DNA from: Candidatus Bathyarchaeota archaeon
Lineage (GTDB): Archaea > Thermoproteota > Bathyarchaeia > Bathyarchaeales > Bathycorpusculaceae
DNA: 61,183 bases
NCBI GenBank assembly: GCA_963833575.1
Contig: CAWHXY010000002.1
Location: forward strand, 1 to 61,183
Reading direction: 5' to 3'
Under the pieces are notes generated by a model that made no database searches, was not told where the DNA came from, and saw nothing but the letters and a program-made list of their open reading frames with translations. Positions 8,826 through 19,411 of this stretch are shown here, piece after piece. The translations under genes were made by a program, and so were the position numbers. Numbering within the stretch: position 1 is the stretch's first letter; every line of letters starts with the position of its first letter.

Positions 8826-9431
8826 TCATGTTTGTTCTACATTTGCATAAAATTCTAACAGATCGTGTTTGAATTGTTCCGGTCGATCTTTATGCGCTGA
8901 ATGTGCCGCGCCGCTATAGACTAAAAGTTTAGCTTTTGGCAAATTATCTGCAAGAGTTCGCATTTCCTCTCCTGAAATCATGTTATCTTGTGAACCCCAA
9001 ATTATCCTAACCGGAAAATCAAACTTACCATAAAACTGCAATAAATCCTCATGCAACGCTCTGCCAGGTGCAACTAAAAATAAACCCTTAACAGGAAACC
9101 TGGTTGCATACTGCAAAGCAATGTGTCCGCCTATGCTTGCGCCGACAAGAATCGGCACCGCCGAACCAAAAATATTCTTGGTTGCTTCAGCCGCCACTGC
9201 CAAATTAACTTCGGGGTTTCGAGTTTTAGGTTGACACCTACTTCTCAAACCATATGGCATATCTAAAGCCAAAAAAGGTATCTTTTTCTCAAGCAATAAC
9301 TCTGTTACCCCGATTTGCTCCCAAATATCTTTCGTATACGATAATCCATGCAGAAAAATAATCGGGATACCTGGCACTTTGGAGTACAGAACTGGGCATT
9401 TATGCTCAGCAACGTTTAATGTTTTTTCCAT
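8826..9431 (-). CDS. Alpha/beta hydrolase
   Basis: FLHGLS, GASIGG nucleophile elbow, WGSQD, GAAHSAH. Confidence 0.88.
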   Translation of the reverse strand: MEKTLNVAEHKCPVLYSKVPGIPIIFLHGLSYTKDIWEQIGVTELLLEKKIPFLALDMPYGLRSRCQPKTRNPEVNLAVAAEATKNIFGSAVPILVGASIGGHIALQYATRFPVKGLFLVAPGRALHEDLLQFYGKFDFPVRIIWGSQDNMISGEEMRTLADNLPKAKLLVYSGAAHSAHKDRPEQFKHDLLEFYANVEQT

Positions 9432-9529
9432 AAATCCTACTTAGTTTTCGTTTCTTATAACATTTGACTACCTGACAAATATGCGAAAAGAATAATAGCT
9501 GTAAAACTTTCATAGATTTTGGTGACTTT

Positions 9530-10012
9530 TTGACTGTTAAAGTTGGCGATAAAGCGCCAGATTTTACCCTCCCTTCACAAATGGGTGACAACGTAACACT
9601 ATCAGAGTTCCTAGGCAAAAAGAACATAGTTTTGTATTTTTACCCTAAAGATGAAACACTCGGCTGCACAAGAGAAGCTTGCACTTTTAGAGATAGCTAT
9701 GAAGAATTAACAAATTTAGGCGCTGAAGTCCTCGGCGTTAGCGGGCAAAGTATAGCTTCGCATAAATCTTTTGCAACGCATTACGGGCTGCCCTTCATTC
9801 TTCTCAGTGACGTAGGCAATAAGGTTAGAGAATTGTATGGGGTACCGTCAAGCATGGGACTGATTCCTGGACGTGTCACATACATAATCGACAAGAAAGG
9901 TGTTGTTAGGCACATTTTCAATTCTCAAACCCAAACAGAACGCCACGTGGAAGAAGCAAAAACCACACTTAAGGAACTTGAAAAAGAATCATCGACATCA
10001 GCAACCGTTTAG
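9530..10012 (+). CDS. bcp: Peroxiredoxin, Bcp/PrxQ type
   Basis: [33 protein letters not shown]. Confidence 0.93.
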   Translation: MTVKVGDKAPDFTLPSQMGDNVTLSEFLGKKNIVLYFYPKDETLGCTREACTFRDSYEELTNLGAEVLGVSGQSIASHKSFATHYGLPFILLSDVGNKVRELYGVPSSMGLIPGRVTYIIDKKGVVRHIFNSQTQTERHVEEAKTTLKELEKESSTSATV

Positions 10013-10027
10013 CCGGGGAAGCGATAG

Positions 10028-11260
10028 ATGCTAAATTTATACAATACTCTAACACGAAAAACTGAACCGTTCAACCCAACCGAAGATAAGCAGGTTAAAA
10101 TGTACACTTGTGGTCCATCAACTTACCAGAAAGCGCATATCGGAAACTACCGCACCTTCCTTTTCGAAGACATACTACTGCGTTATATGGAGTACTTAGG
10201 TTACAAAGTGACACGGCTCATCACTTTAACTGATGTGGAAGACAAAGCTATAACTCAAGCAAAAAAAGAAAACCTTACCGTAGAGCAGCTAACGGCAAAA
10301 AACGAAGCTATCTTCTTCGCAGACTTTAAACTCCTGAGAATCAAAAAGCCTGATTACGCTATAAGAGCTTCCTCAGCAGTGGACCAAGCAGCAAAACTAA
10401 TCACTCAACTATTAGACAAAGGCACTGCCTACTGGTTCAGCCATGAGGGCTCAAAAAACGTTTATTTTGACCCCTTAAAATTCAAAGGATTTGGCAAACT
10501 TGCACATTTAGATATGAGTAAATGGCCAAAAAAGAAACGACGCTTTCACTTGGACACTTATCCAGGTACGCCTTGGAATATGGGTGATTTTGTGATTTGG
10601 CACGGTTGCGGACTAGAAAATGTCTGCTATGATACGTCGATTGGCAAAGGTAGACCTGCTTGGAATATTCAAGATGCAGCCATTGTAACTAAGCATTTAG
10701 GGTTCTCAATTGACGTTGCCTGCGGGGGAATCGACAATTTGATTAGACATCATGACTATACGCTTGCAATTGCAGAAGCAGTTTCAGATAAGCCTTTCTC
10801 GCGGTATTGGCTCCATGGGGCACATCTGTTTGTTAATGGGAAAAAGATGTCTAAAAGTACTGGAAATGTGCTTTACCCAAGCGATATTATCGAGAAAGGA
10901 ATTAACGGCGAGCATTTGAGGTTCTTTCTTATCTATGGACCTTACAGGAAAAAACTAAACTTCACTTTTGAAAAACTGACAGAAACTACTCAAAAACTTG
11001 ATTCTTTCAAAAAAATGGTAAAAGAGTTGCAGGAGTCAAAATCAGAAAGCAACGTTGAAGAAAATGCCCTTGCCAACAAAATTGTTGCTGAGTTTGAAGA
11101 TCACATGAATAACGATTTAGATATAAAAGGTGCTTTCGATTGCTTAAATGAAATAATAAGTGAACTTTACAAAAATCGTAAAATGTTAAGCAAAAAAGAT
11201 GTAAAAAACTTAATGGATGACTTGCATAGGATTGATTTAGTGTTGCAATGCATTTTTTAA
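10028..11260 (+). CDS. Cysteinyl-tRNA-synthetase paralogue (class I ligase, altered active site)
   Basis: LYNTLTR, YTCGP, HIGN, KMSKS and DALR-like NNDLD; GWHIEC replaced by AWNIQD and HHENE by HHDYT; short C-terminus. Confidence 0.82.
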   Translation: MLNLYNTLTRKTEPFNPTEDKQVKMYTCGPSTYQKAHIGNYRTFLFEDILLRYMEYLGYKVTRLITLTDVEDKAITQAKKENLTVEQLTAKNEAIFFADFKLLRIKKPDYAIRASSAVDQAAKLITQLLDKGTAYWFSHEGSKNVYFDPLKFKGFGKLAHLDMSKWPKKKRRFHLDTYPGTPWNMGDFVIWHGCGLENVCYDTSIGKGRPAWNIQDAAIVTKHLGFSIDVACGGIDNLIRHHDYTLAIAEAVSDKPFSRYWLHGAHLFVNGKKMSKSTGNVLYPSDIIEKGINGEHLRFFLIYGPYRKKLNFTFEKLTETTQKLDSFKKMVKELQESKSESNVEENALANKIVAEFEDHMNNDLDIKGAFDCLNEIISELYKNRKMLSKKDVKNLMDDLHRIDLVLQCIF

Positions 11261-11273
11261 CAGAGCTAACTGA

Positions 11274-11513
11274 TTAGACTAAATCTCCAACGAATTTAAC
11301 TCTCTTAAGATTTTCCTCTCTATGAGGTGCCATTTCTAATTCTTCAGTTAGATCTTTGCCCGCTTCATGCATTCCTAAGTGGTCTCCATCAAGCCAGAAA
11401 CTGCTTTCGGACACATCATACACTTTGCCCTTGTAGACCAAGTAGGCTGGTTTACCGTTTTTTCCATTGTTTGCTTCAAGTTCTTTTCTAGTTACTTTTT
11501 TTGTTTCAGTCAA
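11274..11513 (-). CDS. Cytochrome b5-like heme/steroid-binding protein
   Basis: NGKNGKPAYLVYKGKVYDVS...GDHLGMHEAGKDLT...APH. Confidence 0.88.
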   Translation of the reverse strand: MTETKKVTRKELEANNGKNGKPAYLVYKGKVYDVSESSFWLDGDHLGMHEAGKDLTEELEMAPHREENLKRVKFVGDLV

Positions 11514-11566
11514 AAAGATTCCTTCTGCATTTTAAAGTTGCAAGCCTCTATTTAAAATGTTTATGC

Positions 11567-12631
11567 TTAGTTCCTTAAGCTGGGTGAAGATGCAGATTGG
11601 TAGGTTGCGTCTATATTTATTGAGCCAATGTTTGCCTTGAGATTTACTATGAAGTTGCTTTGGGATGGATAATTGTTTGATTGTATCGGGGATTTGTTTC
11701 CTGAAAAGTTGTTAACGTTTGTATTTATTGATCCTATTTCGGTGTGAGATTCTATTTTTGCTCCGACGCCATTATCAATATTCATTGATAAGTCAACGCT
11801 ACCCGTGACGGCGGAAGCGTTAACTTGGAGATTTCCATCCAAAGTTTGGTTTTCATCTATTTGCATGTCTACTGCGCCTGTAGTTGTTTGCAGGTTAAAG
11901 GTTCGGTTGCCCTCTACGTTTGCTTGGTTCATAGTAAAAATAGCTGCTCCAGTTGTTGTTTTTAGGAAAATGTCTCCTGCAATTACTGTGTCGTTTTGTA
12001 AATATGCTTTGACCTCACCGGTTGTGGATTTAAGATTTAATGATTGGAAAGTCGCGGAGTCATTAGAGGTTAGAATAACTTGTCCAGTTTCCGTGGTCAC
12101 ATTTAGGTTAAGGCTCATTGAAGGGTTAAGGTAGATGTTGCAGGTTACTTTTGGCGTTCCGGCGAAAAAGCCAGAGGTTGTAACATGTGAGTTTACTGTT
12201 AGCGTGTAGCCTTCTGTTTGGTTAGTGAAGATTATTTGAACTGGGTTTTTTGTGCCAATGCCTTTTGAGCCTGATCCTGAAATATAGATGGCCACGGCGT
12301 CGTTTGAGTAATTTTGTGTCAGGATGTTTACTTTGGCGTTGTCGGCTTTGAAGTTTAGATTTATTACGGTAACGTTGGGCTGAGTGACAACTTCATTTGT
12401 TTGGCCAAAACTGTATGACTGGACGGACGCAAAAATAAGTGCCGTAATTACTGCAGCCGAAATTAATATGGCAATTATGATTATGCCTACTATGAGAACA
12501 GGTTCGCGTCTAATTGGTCTATGGGGCTGCGCATTGGAAGGAGCGTAAGCTAGGGTAACCACTGCTTTTCCGCAGTTTCGGCAGAACCTTTCTTCTTCGA
12601 GTATAGCTCCGCATTTTCGGCAGTAAGGCAA
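11567..12631 (-). CDS. Zn ribbon + TM + DUF4097-like beta-repeat membrane protein
   Basis: MPYCRKCG...FCRNCG; one TM; repeated TTTG-V/I strands. Confidence 0.75.
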   Translation of the reverse strand: MPYCRKCGAILEEERFCRNCGKAVVTLAYAPSNAQPHRPIRREPVLIVGIIIIAILISAAVITALIFASVQSYSFGQTNEVVTQPNVTVINLNFKADNAKVNILTQNYSNDAVAIYISGSGSKGIGTKNPVQIIFTNQTEGYTLTVNSHVTTSGFFAGTPKVTCNIYLNPSMSLNLNVTTETGQVILTSNDSATFQSLNLKSTTGEVKAYLQNDTVIAGDIFLKTTTGAAIFTMNQANVEGNRTFNLQTTTGAVDMQIDENQTLDGNLQVNASAVTGSVDLSMNIDNGVGAKIESHTEIGSINTNVNNFSGNKSPIQSNNYPSQSNFIVNLKANIGSINIDATYQSASSPSLRN

Positions 12632-12787
12632 TATGTGAACCTCAAGGAACGAGTATTGGGATTTTTGACGATTTAAGGGTTATTAAGAAATTTAGTTGTT
12701 GTTTGCATTTCTTGTTTTTCGGGAGTTTTTGTTTTTATTGAGTAATTTTAATAAGGTTGGTGCTGAACGATTTGTTGGAGATTAAGT

Positions 12788-14488
12788 TTGCCTGAAAAAG
12801 TTTTAGTTACATCCGCTTGGCCATACATTAATGTCACGCCACATCTGGGTAACCTTGTCGGCTCCGTTTTGTCAGCCGATGTTACAGCCCGATATTACAG
12901 GTTAAGAGGCGACGACGTTTTGATGGTAAGCGGTTCAGATACACATGGCACTCCCATTGAAGTGGAAGCGATAAAGCAGGGAATTAAACCTAAAGAGTTA
13001 ACCGACCGCAACCACACCCGAGTCGCAGAGCTTTTTCGCAGGTGGAACGCTTCCTTTGACAATTACACTAGCACCGAGAGCCCAGTACACAAAGAGTTTG
13101 TGCAAAAAACTTTGCTAGAAATTGAGAAAAATGGGTTCATTTTTGCTCAGGATACTCAAATGCTTTACTGTGAGCATGACCAGCGCTTCTTGCCTGACCG
13201 GTTTGTGGAAGGTAAATGCCCGTATTGCGGTTGCGAAAAAGCTCGCGGAGACCAATGCGACATTTGTGGTAGGCTTTTGGAGCCGACATTGTTGGTGGAG
13301 CCTTATTGTGTAATCTGCAAAAATAAACCAACTGTGAAAACTACGCGTCATTGGTACATCGATCTCTCCAAGCTCTCTGAGCCATTAACAGATTACTTGA
13401 AGAATAACAAGCAGCTTCCCGTTAACGTTAAAAACTTTAGTCTAAACTGGATAAAAGAAGGACTAAAACCACGAGCTGTTACCCGAGATGTTGAATGGGG
13501 AATCCCCGCACCCTTCAAAGGCGCGGAGGGCAAAACCATCTATGTTTGGGTGGATGCCGTTTTAGGTTATATTTCAGCAACCATAGAGCAGTCTGAACGA
13601 ATGGGGCAACCCGAGAAGTGGCGCGAATTCTGGTTTAACAATCAAGCCAAAACTCTGTATTTCGTTGGCAAAGACAACATCCCATTCCACACAATTATCC
13701 TCCCAGCCCTATTGCTGGCTTCAGGACAAGGCTACAACCTGCCTTGGAACGTTTCCGCCACCGAATTTCTTCAGTTCCGAGGACAAAAAGCTTCAAAAAG
13801 CCAACGCGTCGGAATATGGATAGATGAAGCCTTAGAAATGTTTCCAGTGGACTATTGGCGCTTCTTCCTTATCGCTACAAGACCTGAAAGCAAAGATACC
13901 AACTTTACTTGGACTGCCTTTACAGACAAAATCAATGCCGACCTAAACGACACCTTTGGCAACTTCATCCATCGAACTTTATCTTTTATTAATAGCAAGT
14001 TTGACGCAATAATTCCGGCACCTACCAAACTAGACAAAGACGACAAGGCAATTCTGCAAACCCTAAAATCGAAGGTTGAACAAGTTGCCAAAGAAATTGA
14101 AGATTCATGGTTACAATCCGCTGCCAACACTCTCGTTGGCATAAGTCGAGTGGGCAACCAATACCTCAACGATAAGGAACCATGGAACCTGATGAAAACT
14201 GACAAGGAAAAAGCCGGTGCAATCTTTTATGTTGCAGCCCAAGTTGTCAAGGCTATCGCGGTTGTTTCAGAACCATTCATCCCCGACACAGCGGAACAGC
14301 TTTGGCAAACACTAAATCTGTCCGGAAGCGTTCACACAAGTAACTGGATTGAAGCATTAAAACCGCTTGAAGCAGGACATAAAATCGCTAAACCAAAGCC
14401 GCTTTTCCATAAAATCGACGCTGACGAGGCAAAGCTTGATGAAGAGTTGACTCAGATCAGAGCTAAATTGGGAAGCCACCCCAAATAA
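12788..14488 (+). CDS. metG: Methionyl-tRNA synthetase (no C-terminal OB domain)
   Basis: SAWPYIN, HLGN, Zn knuckles, YVWVDA, GKDNIPFH, KASKS. Confidence 0.96.
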   Translation: MPEKVLVTSAWPYINVTPHLGNLVGSVLSADVTARYYRLRGDDVLMVSGSDTHGTPIEVEAIKQGIKPKELTDRNHTRVAELFRRWNASFDNYTSTESPVHKEFVQKTLLEIEKNGFIFAQDTQMLYCEHDQRFLPDRFVEGKCPYCGCEKARGDQCDICGRLLEPTLLVEPYCVICKNKPTVKTTRHWYIDLSKLSEPLTDYLKNNKQLPVNVKNFSLNWIKEGLKPRAVTRDVEWGIPAPFKGAEGKTIYVWVDAVLGYISATIEQSERMGQPEKWREFWFNNQAKTLYFVGKDNIPFHTIILPALLLASGQGYNLPWNVSATEFLQFRGQKASKSQRVGIWIDEALEMFPVDYWRFFLIATRPESKDTNFTWTAFTDKINADLNDTFGNFIHRTLSFINSKFDAIIPAPTKLDKDDKAILQTLKSKVEQVAKEIEDSWLQSAANTLVGISRVGNQYLNDKEPWNLMKTDKEKAGAIFYVAAQVVKAIAVVSEPFIPDTAEQLWQTLNLSGSVHTSNWIEALKPLEAGHKIAKPKPLFHKIDADEAKLDEELTQIRAKLGSHPK

Positions 14489-14503
14489 CTAGAAGGCTAA
14501 TTA

Positions 14504-15166
14504 ATGAAAATTAGCGCCGACCTTCATGTTCACACAACCTACTCGAAGGATTCACTGATAACGCCAAAAGACCTACTCTATTATGCCAAAAAGCGCGGAT
14601 TGAATGCCGTTGCCGTAACTGATCATAATCAGCTTGAAGGTGCTTACAAAATTGCTAAAGAAACTGACTTTCTCATTATTCCAGGCATGGAAGTTTCCAG
14701 CGCAGATGGCCATATCGTTGCACTCAACGTAAAAGAACTTATTCCCAGAGGATTAAGTGCACCTGAAACTGTAGAGCGAATCCACAAGGCAGGCGGAGTT
14801 GCAATTGCTTGTCATCCTTACGTGTACTTCAAAGGCTGTCTTAAAGGAAATGTATGTGGAACGTTTGATGCTGTAGAAGTGATAAATTCGCGAGCTTTTC
14901 CCTTCAAGCGCAGTGTAAGGAAAGCAGAAGAAACAGCCAAAGAGTTGAGGCTTTCAAGAGTTGCAGGAACTGACTCGCATTATGGACCACAAATCGGTTA
15001 TGCTTACACAGTTATTGAGGCAGCTGATGCAAGTGTTGATGCCATCGCCAAAGCCATAGTCGAAGGCAATTGCCAGCCTTTTGGAAAAGCTGTCCCCGTT
15101 ACTCTAAATGCTCAGATGGAATATCACAGAATATTAAGGATTATTAAAAAAATAACCCATAACTGA
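14504..15166 (+). CDS. PHP-domain metallophosphoesterase
   Basis: DLHVHT, AVTDHN, GMEVS, CHPY, GTDSH. Confidence 0.92.
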   Translation: MKISADLHVHTTYSKDSLITPKDLLYYAKKRGLNAVAVTDHNQLEGAYKIAKETDFLIIPGMEVSSADGHIVALNVKELIPRGLSAPETVERIHKAGGVAIACHPYVYFKGCLKGNVCGTFDAVEVINSRAFPFKRSVRKAEETAKELRLSRVAGTDSHYGPQIGYAYTVIEAADASVDAIAKAIVEGNCQPFGKAVPVTLNAQMEYHRILRIIKKITHN

Positions 15167-15357
15167 AAAAACAATTATGGCTTTGTCGCTTTGAAAGTAA
15201 TTCTACGTATATTGAAGTCAATCTTTTCGGGCTTTCTGATTTGCACTAGTTTTTTGCTTTCTATTAAATGGAAATGCCAAGTCTATAATCTTGCAGATAG
15301 CATAAACTTTTTAGAAGCGCACCATTAATTCTCAATCTTAAGAGGGGTCGCTGAAAG

Positions 15358-17046
15358 ATTACATCAACAGTCCAAGGTAGCAGTCAGCATCCACCTGAGG
15401 AACAAAAGCCGACACAAGCGAGTCAGCGACTTAAAACCCAAATAGTTTTTTTTGTAAGGAAATATCGTTTTGAACTAGCGCTTCTAATTTTCTTAGCGGT
15501 CTTTTTCTTCTTTGCTTTTTATCAATTGGGTTATAGCACTATTCAATGGGATGAAATGCCCCACCTAAACGGAGCCTTGATGCTTAGCCGTGGGCAAACA
15601 TACAATTATATCTCAACTTATGGATTCTACCCTCCTTTTTACGATATTGTTTCGTTGGGGTATTTCCAAGTTTTCGGGGTTAGCGTGGTTGCAGGGCGGC
15701 TAGTAGCTCTAACGTTTGCTTTGTTGGCAATCGTTGTTTTGTTTGAGTTTACCAAACGAATCTATGGCGTTAAGAATGCGTTGGTCGCAAGTGTTCTGTT
15801 AGGTACTATGCCTGGTTTTTTTTGGGTTGCCAGGCTAAGCATGCTAGAAACGATGTTAATTTTCTTTTTTACTTTACTTATGTTTTCTTTTTTTTGGTTA
15901 ATAACCAAAGGCGGCAATAAAGCGCTTATCATAAGCGGCTTAGCCTTAGGCATAGGTATTCTGGCGAAGTATCAACTTGTAGTTGCTGCAATAGCGATGA
16001 TGCTAAGTATTCTTTTTCTTTGTAGACAAAAACTCAAAATTACGTTAACAAAGTTTCTTGTTATTTTGGTAATCGTAGTCTTAGTGGTTACACCTTGGTT
16101 TCTTGTTCTCTACCAACTGACCGGTACAACAAAATTTGACGCCTCGCTTTCAGCTGTCCAAGATGGCGGCCAAGCAAGATCAGTATATAGCACCCGCTTC
16201 TTTACCCCCGTCTACTACTTAATCGAAATGACCTGGCCCCTTAACCAAGCACCCACCCATCCAATTGCTTTACCCATCTTCATCTTAGGGCTATGCGGTC
16301 TAGCACTGTTTGCGTATCGAAGAAAAAAACAAGACCTCTACCTGCTTACATGGTTCATGGTAATTTATGTTTTCTTCACCTTTTTTGTTGGAAACAGACA
16401 ATGGCGATATGTAGACACCCTCTTTCCAATCTTGGCTATTTCAGCAGCAAGCTTTCTCACGTTCTTATACGGCAGAATCCACACTTGGAAACCAAAACCC
16501 GTAGAAATAAGCGGTGACCGACTGAAGAAATTTGCAGCTGGTTTCTTCATTGTCATTATCGCGATAACGCTTGTTTACAGTAGCTACAATGCTTATCAAT
16601 TAAGCTTCCAAGGCCAATTCCATGTTCCAATCGATGAGGCAACCAGTTATTTGACTGCAAATTTAAATCAAAATCAATCAGCCGTAATCGTTTGCGCTTC
16701 AAACGTTCTAAATCAAGACATGTTTTGGTTCTATTTACCAGCTAACATGTCCAAGGACCAGATTTGGCAGTATCCAGAATTGCCCATTGACGCGTACACT
16801 GTGAACTTTAACATCACAGAATTCGTTGACCTATGTCAACAACACAACGTCAAATACATTATACTATTTGACTACGGGATCCACACCACATTCTTCAACA
16901 GTACATTAGATTATACGCAAGTTGAAACCATGATTTTCAACACACACAGATTCGGTGTCCCAACAGATCAGCCTTTCTTCGGAGACTTCTCAAACAACAA
17001 AGGATACAGAATCTTTTTAGTACGTTTTAACCAAACGGCAACTTGA
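15358..17046 (+). CDS. GT-C fold (ArnT/PMT-like) membrane glycosyltransferase
   Basis: IQWDEMPH, YPPFY, AGRLV, LAKY and WRY motifs. The frame is open back to 15355 and includes a first TM helix; start uncertain (ATT 15358, or TTG 15526 as in the track). Confidence 0.8.
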   Translation: MTSTVQGSSQHPPEEQKPTQASQRLKTQIVFFVRKYRFELALLIFLAVFFFFAFYQLGYSTIQWDEMPHLNGALMLSRGQTYNYISTYGFYPPFYDIVSLGYFQVFGVSVVAGRLVALTFALLAIVVLFEFTKRIYGVKNALVASVLLGTMPGFFWVARLSMLETMLIFFFTLLMFSFFWLITKGGNKALIISGLALGIGILAKYQLVVAAIAMMLSILFLCRQKLKITLTKFLVILVIVVLVVTPWFLVLYQLTGTTKFDASLSAVQDGGQARSVYSTRFFTPVYYLIEMTWPLNQAPTHPIALPIFILGLCGLALFAYRRKKQDLYLLTWFMVIYVFFTFFVGNRQWRYVDTLFPILAISAASFLTFLYGRIHTWKPKPVEISGDRLKKFAAGFFIVIIAITLVYSSYNAYQLSFQGQFHVPIDEATSYLTANLNQNQSAVIVCASNVLNQDMFWFYLPANMSKDQIWQYPELPIDAYTVNFNITEFVDLCQQHNVKYIILFDYGIHTTFFNSTLDYTQVETMIFNTHRFGVPTDQPFFGDFSNNKGYRIFLVRFNQTAT

Positions 17047-17048
17047 CC

Positions 17049-17495
17049 TTAACGTACTTCTAAAAACTCAAAACCCGTATCCTTATCTTTCTCTCTTTTA
17101 GCAGACGAGTTAGTTAATTCAAGAATCACTACTTCGCCTATCTGCCAAACATCAACACCTATGCGCACACAGCCTGTAACAGCATTGTCGTTTCTTCCAA
17201 AGCTCGCATGCATGTGAAGTTTGGGTTTTCCTTGCTCATCAGTAAATATTGTTCCTACACCGCAGGCTTCATGCACCCCCCTGAGAAGTGTTACCATCGG
17301 TTCAGGAGGAAGGGCTTTGCCATCTTTTGGTCCCACAACAACCTTGCTCTTGTCTTCTGCGCCGCCAAGAAAGAAGCATAATGCGCTAGAAACTTGTTTT
17401 TGTAATGCAAATTTTTCTATAACTTCATGTAGGCGATCATCTTGGTGAAGTCGCAGGATGAAGATTCTTCCGAGTTTTGCCTCTGTAAAGTCCAA
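17049..17495 (-). CDS. PPC/DUF296 domain protein
   Basis: RIFILRL, GVGTI, KLHMHASFG, GEVVILE. Confidence 0.88.
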   Translation of the reverse strand: MDFTEAKLGRIFILRLHQDDRLHEVIEKFALQKQVSSALCFFLGGAEDKSKVVVGPKDGKALPPEPMVTLLRGVHEACGVGTIFTDEQGKPKLHMHASFGRNDNAVTGCVRIGVDVWQIGEVVILELTNSSAKREKDKDTGFEFLEVR

Positions 17496-17554
17496 AGTTA
17501 TAGCCTTCGTTTGCGATTGGAATTTAACTGTGAAATATTAAAGTTTGTCTTTTC

Positions 17555-18955
17555 TTATGACGTAGCTTTAGCGTTTCTTGTCTCATTCAGAGATTGTGCC
17601 GGTTTTAGCGATGCAAAGAAACTGCGAAGTTTGTATCTGACTGCCCATAGGAGTCCAGATAGCAAAACTGCGAATCCCAGATACTGCACACTCATGAGAA
17701 AGCTGTCTTGGCTAATTGGTGTATAATTAAGAAGGAAGTAGCCGGTGAGCTGATCCAATCTTACTCTGAAGAGCAAAAAGTCAGACGTGGAAAGATGATG
17801 AGCCGAAACAAAGTTGCCGTAAATGGTTGCTGCTAACAGAAGAACTCCCGTAATAACTATGGTGAAGATCAGTTTTTTCTTGAGTTTAGGTTTGAGTTTT
17901 GTGGAGTTCAATAGGAAAAGGCACTTTCCTGCTAGTGAAGCTGCAATCAAGCAAAAGAAAGGTAGGGCAAAATAATCATACTTGATCGCGTTATTATATG
18001 GTGCTTTAAGATTCAACCCTGCTCCTAATATCGTGTCAATGATTAAAATTAGTAGAATAGTTGCCAAACAGATAATATCAAATCGAAATGCCTTGGGCAT
18101 ATCTTTTCTGAATGCAAAAAGCAAAATCAGCGAGAAAGCTGTTGCGACTACAAAGAGGACGCCCAAGCCATAGTTCCATAAAAAGACGCCGACAAATGAA
18201 TAGGACGCGTTGACGCCAATGTAGTTAAGGTCGCTAAAATCGCTGTGGCCAAACATGTAGAGCAAGTTTTTTCCTAAAACAACTTGATACCAGAGCAAAG
18301 AGAACAATATTGCAGGTAACGCGAAAGCAATCATCTGGCTAAGAAAGACCTTAGCTTTTTTAGGTTTTGAATAAAGCCAGAAAATAAGCAGAGGAATAAG
18401 CATAAAGGCGGCAAAATACTTGGTTAGCAATGCAGCAGCGAAAAAAACCCCAGAAACAAATGAAAGCTTAACTGAACCTTTACGGATGGCTAAGATTCCG
18501 ACGTATAAGCAAAGAAGGCTAAAAAATAAACATTGGACATCTATCATGAAGCTTCTTGACAACACAAGCTCCCATGGACTTAATGCAAAAAGCGCAGCGG
18601 CAAATAGTCCCGTTGCTTTGCCATATACTTCTTTGCCAATTTTATAGATAACGACTGTGCTTCCAAGCCCAAGTGTTGTTACTAAAAATGTTCCATTGAT
18701 TATTGATGTTCCGAAACCTTTGAAAAATGACGCTTCAATGTAGAAGCCCAATGGCGGCTGATTAATTATGTTACCGAAACTGATAACATATGGTAAACCC
18801 CAACGCAAAACGCCTTTTGCAGCTTCAAATTCCCAGTCAGTATCCCCATTATGAAAAGGACCGATCGATAGAGAAACAAGCGTAATTCCGATTAGGATAG
18901 CTAGAAGCGGGTAATTTTCGCTCAGTAGATGTTTCATGTAGTCCTTGCTAAACAT
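17555..18955 (-). CDS. GT-C fold (PMT_2/ArnT-like) membrane glycosyltransferase
   Basis: NGDTDWE, NQPPLGFY, SRSFMIDV, LLTKY; many TM helices. Confidence 0.82.
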   Translation of the reverse strand: MFSKDYMKHLLSENYPLLAILIGITLVSLSIGPFHNGDTDWEFEAAKGVLRWGLPYVISFGNIINQPPLGFYIEASFFKGFGTSIINGTFLVTTLGLGSTVVIYKIGKEVYGKATGLFAAALFALSPWELVLSRSFMIDVQCLFFSLLCLYVGILAIRKGSVKLSFVSGVFFAAALLTKYFAAFMLIPLLIFWLYSKPKKAKVFLSQMIAFALPAILFSLLWYQVVLGKNLLYMFGHSDFSDLNYIGVNASYSFVGVFLWNYGLGVLFVVATAFSLILLFAFRKDMPKAFRFDIICLATILLILIIDTILGAGLNLKAPYNNAIKYDYFALPFFCLIAASLAGKCLFLLNSTKLKPKLKKKLIFTIVITGVLLLAATIYGNFVSAHHLSTSDFLLFRVRLDQLTGYFLLNYTPISQDSFLMSVQYLGFAVLLSGLLWAVRYKLRSFFASLKPAQSLNETRNAKATS

Positions 18956-19114
18956 AAATACTCATTGAATTGAGTTGATTGTCTCCTGCCACCTTTTGTT
19001 ATCATCTCTGACCAGCTTTAAGTATAAAACTTTCCACTTCAAGCCCTTAGATTCATAAAGTCGTCTTAGTGCAATCTAAAAATGTAAGAATTGAAAATGC
19101 TCTATGCAGCTATA

Positions 19115-19264
19115 TTATACTCTGAATAAGTAAAGAGTCTGTTCTGCGTCTTCTTTTCGTTTTTGAACAGGCACGTTTGATGCGCTTTCATCAGTTGAGA
19201 TAACTGCGCTTTCGGTAGCCATCTCACAGTTTGAAAGGTGCCTTGCTTCATTTTTCTTAACCAT
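19115..19264 (-). CDS. Small hypothetical protein (49 aa, not in ORF track)
   Basis: MVKKNEARHLSNCEMATES...TLYLFRV; SD GAGGTTGA and a TTTATAAG TATA box upstream. Confidence 0.55.
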   Translation of the reverse strand: MVKKNEARHLSNCEMATESAVISTDESASNVPVQKRKEDAEQTLYLFRV

Positions 19265-19411
19265 ATTTTTCAACCTCTTGAAGAGTCCACAAAGTATTAG
19301 AGTTGCCTTATAAATGTTATCCCGCTTGTAAAAGCAACTTTTTGGTTTGATTTATTTATTGTAAATAAATATTATTGATGTGGATTGATTGTCTTCAAAC
19401 AGTGATGTTAA

